Assembly: GCA_001818495.1 (NCBI GenBank)
Contig: MHKS01000004.1
Coordinates: forward strand, 84,657 to 148,656
Reading direction: 5' to 3'
DNA length: 64,000 nucleotides
Origin: Candidatus Komeilibacteria bacterium RIFOXYD1_FULL_37_29
GTDB taxonomy: Bacteria > Patescibacteriota > Patescibacteriia > UBA1558 > GWA2-36-10
The position numbers were made by a program, and so were the translations under genes. The notes beneath the pieces were generated by a model. It saw nothing but the letters and a program-made list of their open reading frames with translations, ran no database searches and was not told the origin of the DNA. Of this stretch, positions 60,033-64,000 are shown one piece after another (positions within the stretch are counted from its first letter, which is position 1; each line of letters starts with the position of its first letter).

Positions 60033-60929
60033 ATGAAACAATATTTAGATTTACTAAAGAAAATAATGGATGAAGGCGTCGATAAGAGCGACCGCACTGG
60101 TGTGGGTACGCGCAGTGTTTTTGGTGCGCAAGCTAGATTTGATTTGTCCGAAGGTTTTCCGCTGCTGACCACTAAAAAAATGTTTTTAAAAGCTATTATT
60201 CATGAGCTGATTTGGTTTGTGAAAGGTGACACCAATATCAAGTATTTGGTGGACAATGGCGTGCGTATTTGGAATGAATGGCCTTATCAAAAGTATCTAG
60301 AAACTAACGGCTGGGTGGAAAAATATCCCAAATATACTCCCGAGTGGGAAGAGAAAATGGCCGGATTTGTGGAGAATATAAAAAATGACGCCCAGTTTGC
60401 TAAACAGTGGGGTGAGCTCGGACCGGTTTATGGTAAGCAGTGGCGTGATTTTGGTGGAGTAGATCAGCTCAAAGATGTAATTGAGAGAATAAAGACCAAA
60501 CCAAATGATAGACGGATGATAGTCTCGGCTTGGAATCCTCCAGAAATTCCTCAAATGGCTTTGCCACCTTGTCATTTGCTTTTTCAATTTTATGTCGCGA
60601 ACGGTAAATTGTCACTGCAAATGTATCAACGCAGCTGCGATACTTTTTTGGGCGTACCTTTTAACATTGCTTCTTATTCATTACTCCTTATGATGATCGC
60701 TCAAGTGACTGGTCTTCAGCCTGGTACTTTTGTCCATGTCTATGGTGATTTGCATATTTATACCAATCACTTTGGACAGGTCAAAGAACAATTGTCACGT
60801 CAGCCCAAGAAACTGCCAACTATGAAAATTAATCCGGCTGTCAAAAATATTGAAGATTTTGTGTTTGAAGATTTTACCTTAGAGGGTTATGATCCTCATC
60901 CGACTATTAAAGCACCAATTGCTGTATAA
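60033..60929 (+). CDS. thyA: thymidylate synthase
   Basis: [31 protein letters not shown]. Confidence 0.98.
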   Translation: MKQYLDLLKKIMDEGVDKSDRTGVGTRSVFGAQARFDLSEGFPLLTTKKMFLKAIIHELIWFVKGDTNIKYLVDNGVRIWNEWPYQKYLETNGWVEKYPKYTPEWEEKMAGFVENIKNDAQFAKQWGELGPVYGKQWRDFGGVDQLKDVIERIKTKPNDRRMIVSAWNPPEIPQMALPPCHLLFQFYVANGKLSLQMYQRSCDTFLGVPFNIASYSLLLMMIAQVTGLQPGTFVHVYGDLHIYTNHFGQVKEQLSRQPKKLPTMKINPAVKNIEDFVFEDFTLEGYDPHPTIKAPIAV

Positions 60930-60932
60930 AAT

Positions 60933-61382
60933 ATGGAGAATTTAATTAAAAATAATTTGATAATAGAATTACATGTTCCAGATTTAGAGGTCATAAAATC
61001 TTTCTACTCTAAATTGGGTTTTGTAATCACCATGGATGATCAAGTCAATGATAAAGAACTTGGTTATTTAACAATGACCAGAAAAGACGATTTGGGAAAT
61101 ACGATGTTAAATTTTTATGGGGGAGATGATAGAGTATATAACCAAGCCTATTTTAAACAATTCCCCAAGGATACTAAAAGAGCTTATGCTTCAGAGGTTA
61201 CTATACCGATTAAGGATATAGAGGTAATTTATAAATTAGCAACAACTCACTTGAAAAAATATATAGTTAGAGAACTGGTCGAGAAAGAAGATCATAAACA
61301 TAAGTGGAAAGATTTTCGTATGGAAGATCCTTTTGGATTTTATTTAAGATTTACAGAATTGTTAAATTGGGGGCAACAATAA
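60933..61382 (+). CDS. VOC/glyoxalase-fold protein
   Basis: ELHVPDL...FYSKLGF; FRMEDPFGFYLRF. Confidence 0.75.
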   Translation: MENLIKNNLIIELHVPDLEVIKSFYSKLGFVITMDDQVNDKELGYLTMTRKDDLGNTMLNFYGGDDRVYNQAYFKQFPKDTKRAYASEVTIPIKDIEVIYKLATTHLKKYIVRELVEKEDHKHKWKDFRMEDPFGFYLRFTELLNWGQQ

Positions 61383-61385
61383 AAT

Positions 61386-61874
61386 ATGAAAAAACCAATT
61401 ATTAGTTTAATAGCAGCCGTTACCAAAGACAGAGGCATTGGGTATCAAAATAAATTACTGGTGCATTTGCCACCTGATTTAAAGCATTTTAAGGAAGTTA
61501 CCTCTGGTCATATGGTGATTATGGGGCAGACCACTTATCAGTCTATGGGTAAAGCTTTGCCTGGTCGAGAAAACATAGTTTTGACTCGTGATCAAAATTT
61601 TAAAGTTGGTGATGCTAAAGTAATGTATTCCATTGAAGAAGCACTGGAATATATCAAGTCTTCTTCCGAAGAAGAAGTATTTTTTATTGGTGGAGCGTCT
61701 ATTTATGCTCAAGCTATTAAGTTTGCCGATAAATTATATTTAACTTTGATAGATCAGATTTATCCAGCTGATACATTTTTTCCTGAGTATGCCAGTGGTT
61801 TTACTTTAGTGTCAGAGTCCGAAGAACAGGATTATAATGGTATTAAATTTAAATACACAGAATTAACCAGATAA
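61386..61874 (+). CDS. folA: dihydrofolate reductase
   Basis: IG..NKL..HLP.DLKHFK, LPGRENIVLT, IGGASIY, DTFFP. Confidence 0.95.
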   Translation: MKKPIISLIAAVTKDRGIGYQNKLLVHLPPDLKHFKEVTSGHMVIMGQTTYQSMGKALPGRENIVLTRDQNFKVGDAKVMYSIEEALEYIKSSSEEEVFFIGGASIYAQAIKFADKLYLTLIDQIYPADTFFPEYASGFTLVSESEEQDYNGIKFKYTELTR

Positions 61875-61879
61875 ATCTT

Positions 61880-62122
61880 ATGTGGGACTTAATATCACAG
61901 TGGTTCATTGCTATCTTAGGAGTAGTGGCTATTGTCATGGTAGCCAAGAAAAATAAATGGGGTTTTGTGATCGGTTTAATTTCTCAGCCATTTTGGTTTA
62001 TTACTTCTTTTTCAAATCGTCAGTGGGGAGTGTTTATTATGAGTTTTGCCGCTACAGCTAGTTGGATATTGGGTATTTATGAATGGTTTTATAAAAAAGA
62101 AAAAAATGAAAATAAAAGCTAA
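61880..62122 (+). CDS. small 3-TM PnuC-like membrane protein
   Basis: KNKWGFVIGL.SQPFW...GIYEW; 80 aa. Confidence 0.65.
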   Translation: MWDLISQWFIAILGVVAIVMVAKKNKWGFVIGLISQPFWFITSFSNRQWGVFIMSFAATASWILGIYEWFYKKEKNENKS

Positions 62123-62528
62123 AAAATTATATCCTGATGCTATACTTCCTCAGACCATGAGAGCTGGCGATGCGGCCATGGATTTTTATGCTTATAAAGA
62201 TTATCAGATCAAAGCTGGTCAGAGGATAGTAGTTAGCACTGGTGTAGCGATTGCTATTCCTGATGGTTATTGGGGCAATGTCCGTGATCGGGGTGGTTTG
62301 GCCGCCAAACACGGTATTCATACCATGGCTGGTGTGCTGGATTCTAATTATCGGGGTGAAGTGCAGGTAGTGATAATAAATTTGGGTAGGGAAGATTATA
62401 ATATTAAAAAAGGCGATCGTATTTGTCAGATGATTATTGAGCGTCATGAGCAAGTAGAATTGGAAGAAACGGAAGAGCTAGATGAAACGAATCGGGGCGA
62501 GGGTCGTTTTGCTTCTAGCGGATATTAG
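62106..62528 (+). CDS. dut: dUTPase
   Basis: AAMD, RGGLA, GVLDSNYRGE, GDRICQ, RGEGRFASSG; ATG at 62106. Confidence 0.93.
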   Translation: MKIKAKKLYPDAILPQTMRAGDAAMDFYAYKDYQIKAGQRIVVSTGVAIAIPDGYWGNVRDRGGLAAKHGIHTMAGVLDSNYRGEVQVVIINLGREDYNIKKGDRICQMIIERHEQVELEETEELDETNRGEGRFASSGY

Positions 62529-62631
62529 TAAATTTAAATTATATAGGTTAATGTTTAGGTCACTATTTTAATTTCACGCGAATTTCGGCGAAGCCGAGAG
62601 CAGGGAAATTAAAATAGTGACAGTAATAAAT

Positions 62632-63252
62632 ATGCATAAAGGAAAATTTATAGTCATGGAAGGAGGAGACAAATCTGGCAAAACCACCCAGATTGCTTTG
62701 CTGGAAAAATATTTAAAATCCAAAGGCCTCGAAGTAATTTTGACCAGAGAACCAGGTGGCAAAGATTCTATTATTGCTGAAAAAATTCGAGCCATAATTT
62801 TGGACAAAAACCATACCAAGATGAACAAACGGACAGAGTTGTTGCTTTTTTTGGCTTCTCGAGCTCAACATGTGTCAGAAGTAGTAGAGCCGGCTTTGGC
62901 TGCCGGTCAAGTAGTATTATCGGATCGTTTTGATTCTTCTACTTTTGCTTATCAGGTAGCGGCTCGTAATCTAGAACTAGAAAAAATAAAGGATATGAAT
63001 AACTGGGCTAAATATGGTTTAGAAGCAGACTTGATTATTTATTTGGATATTTCTGCCAGTGAAGCTGAAAATAGACGCCGTGACGAAAAACATGATAGAC
63101 TAGATAGAGAAACGCAAGCCTTTCATGAGGCGGTCAGACAGGGGTATCTCAGTCAGGCTAAAGATAATAATCGATGGTTTGTAGTTTCGGCTGTTGGTAC
63201 TATAGAAGAAATTTCTCAAAAAATAAATAAAAAAGTCGATAGTATTTTATGA
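62632..63252 (+). CDS. tmk: thymidylate kinase
   Basis: EGGDKSGKTTQ, TREPGG, LSDRF..STFAYQ. Confidence 0.95.
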   Translation: MHKGKFIVMEGGDKSGKTTQIALLEKYLKSKGLEVILTREPGGKDSIIAEKIRAIILDKNHTKMNKRTELLLFLASRAQHVSEVVEPALAAGQVVLSDRFDSSTFAYQVAARNLELEKIKDMNNWAKYGLEADLIIYLDISASEAENRRRDEKHDRLDRETQAFHEAVRQGYLSQAKDNNRWFVVSAVGTIEEISQKINKKVDSIL

Positions 63253-64000
63253 ATAAATACGAAACAATTATTGGATTAGAAATTCACTTACAGCTCAAGA
63301 CCAAGAGTAAGATGTTTTGTGCCTGTTCCAATGATGCTGATGGTCAGGATCCCAATACTTTAGTTTGTCCGATTTGTTTGGGCCATCCCGGTACTTTGCC
63401 GGCCGTCAATAAAGAAGCCATTAAGATGGGTTTACTGATGGCTTTGGCTTTAAATTGTAAAATCAATAAGCATTCCAAATTTGATCGCAAAAATTATTTT
63501 TATCCGGATTTACCCAAGGGTTATCAGATATCTCAATTTGACGAGCCCTTGTCTCACGATGGGCATTTGATTATTGAACTAGATAACCAAACTTGGAGCA
63601 TTGGTATCGAAAGACTTCATTTGGAGGAAGATGCCGCTAAAAATATTCATAAAGATAATAAGACCTTGGTGGATTATAATCGCGCTGGTACACCACTGGC
63701 CGAGATAGTGACTAAACCAGATTTTAAAAGTCCCAAAGAAACCAGAGAATTTTTACAACAGCTTAGGTTGATTGCTCGTTATTTGGGAGTATCTGATGCT
63801 GATATGGAAAAAGGCCACTTGCGTTGTGATGCCAATATATCTCTTAGACCCATTGGCGATCATGATCTTTATCCGAAAACAGAAATTAAAAATTTGAATT
63901 CCTTTCGAGCAGTGGAGAAAGCTTTGCTCTTTGAAGAAAAAAGACAAGCGGAGCTTTGGAGTAAGGGACAAGCACCGCAAACTACCGAAACACGCGGTTG
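63249..64000 (+). CDS. gatB: Asp/Glu-tRNA amidotransferase subunit B (runs off window)
   Basis: MNKYETIIGLEIHLQLKTKSKMFC, FDRKNYFYPDLPKGYQISQ; ATGA overlap with tmk. Confidence 0.95.
   Translation, partial: MNKYETIIGLEIHLQLKTKSKMFCACSNDADGQDPNTLVCPICLGHPGTLPAVNKEAIKMGLLMALALNCKINKHSKFDRKNYFYPDLPKGYQISQFDEPLSHDGHLIIELDNQTWSIGIERLHLEEDAAKNIHKDNKTLVDYNRAGTPLAEIVTKPDFKSPKETREFLQQLRLIARYLGVSDADMEKGHLRCDANISLRPIGDHDLYPKTEIKNLNSFRAVEKALLFEEKRQAELWSKGQAPQTTETRG

Overview
AT-rich, gene-dense chromosomal segment of a Patescibacteria/CPR bacterium, probably Parcubacteria-like. This is inferred from the gene content and the scarcity of Shine-Dalgarno motifs; TGA is used as a stop, so it is not a code-25 lineage. 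Main blocks: (1) a T4SS-like locus (VirB6-like, PrgI, TraC-N, VirB4, VirB8-like, beta-propeller, VirB2-like pilin) interleaved with rpsF-ssb-rpsR-efp; (2) recG, three tRNAs, comF, clpC, htpX, lemA; (3) two large surface proteins and a type IV pilus locus (pilMNO, pilP-like, pilB, receiver protein, degenerate pilT, pilC, pilA, pilD, minor pilins); (4) ligA, gatCA, dsbA, lgt, tRNA-Asp and a foreign-looking pyrD-pyrF-pyrE cassette; (5) an EamA-flavokinase fusion, infC-rpmI-rplT, smpB-tmRNA, a dTTP operon and the start of gatB. The most striking signal is a minor pilin built as pilin + cystine-knot + intein-like Hint domain ending HN|A, a candidate self-processing pilus component. Also notable: two tRNA genes each preceded by a partial copy of themselves broken by a GC-rich hairpin, and related palindromic inserts inside coding regions, one of which supplies the Gly of a prepilin cleavage site. 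All calls come from reading the sequence and motifs by eye; no database searches were run.
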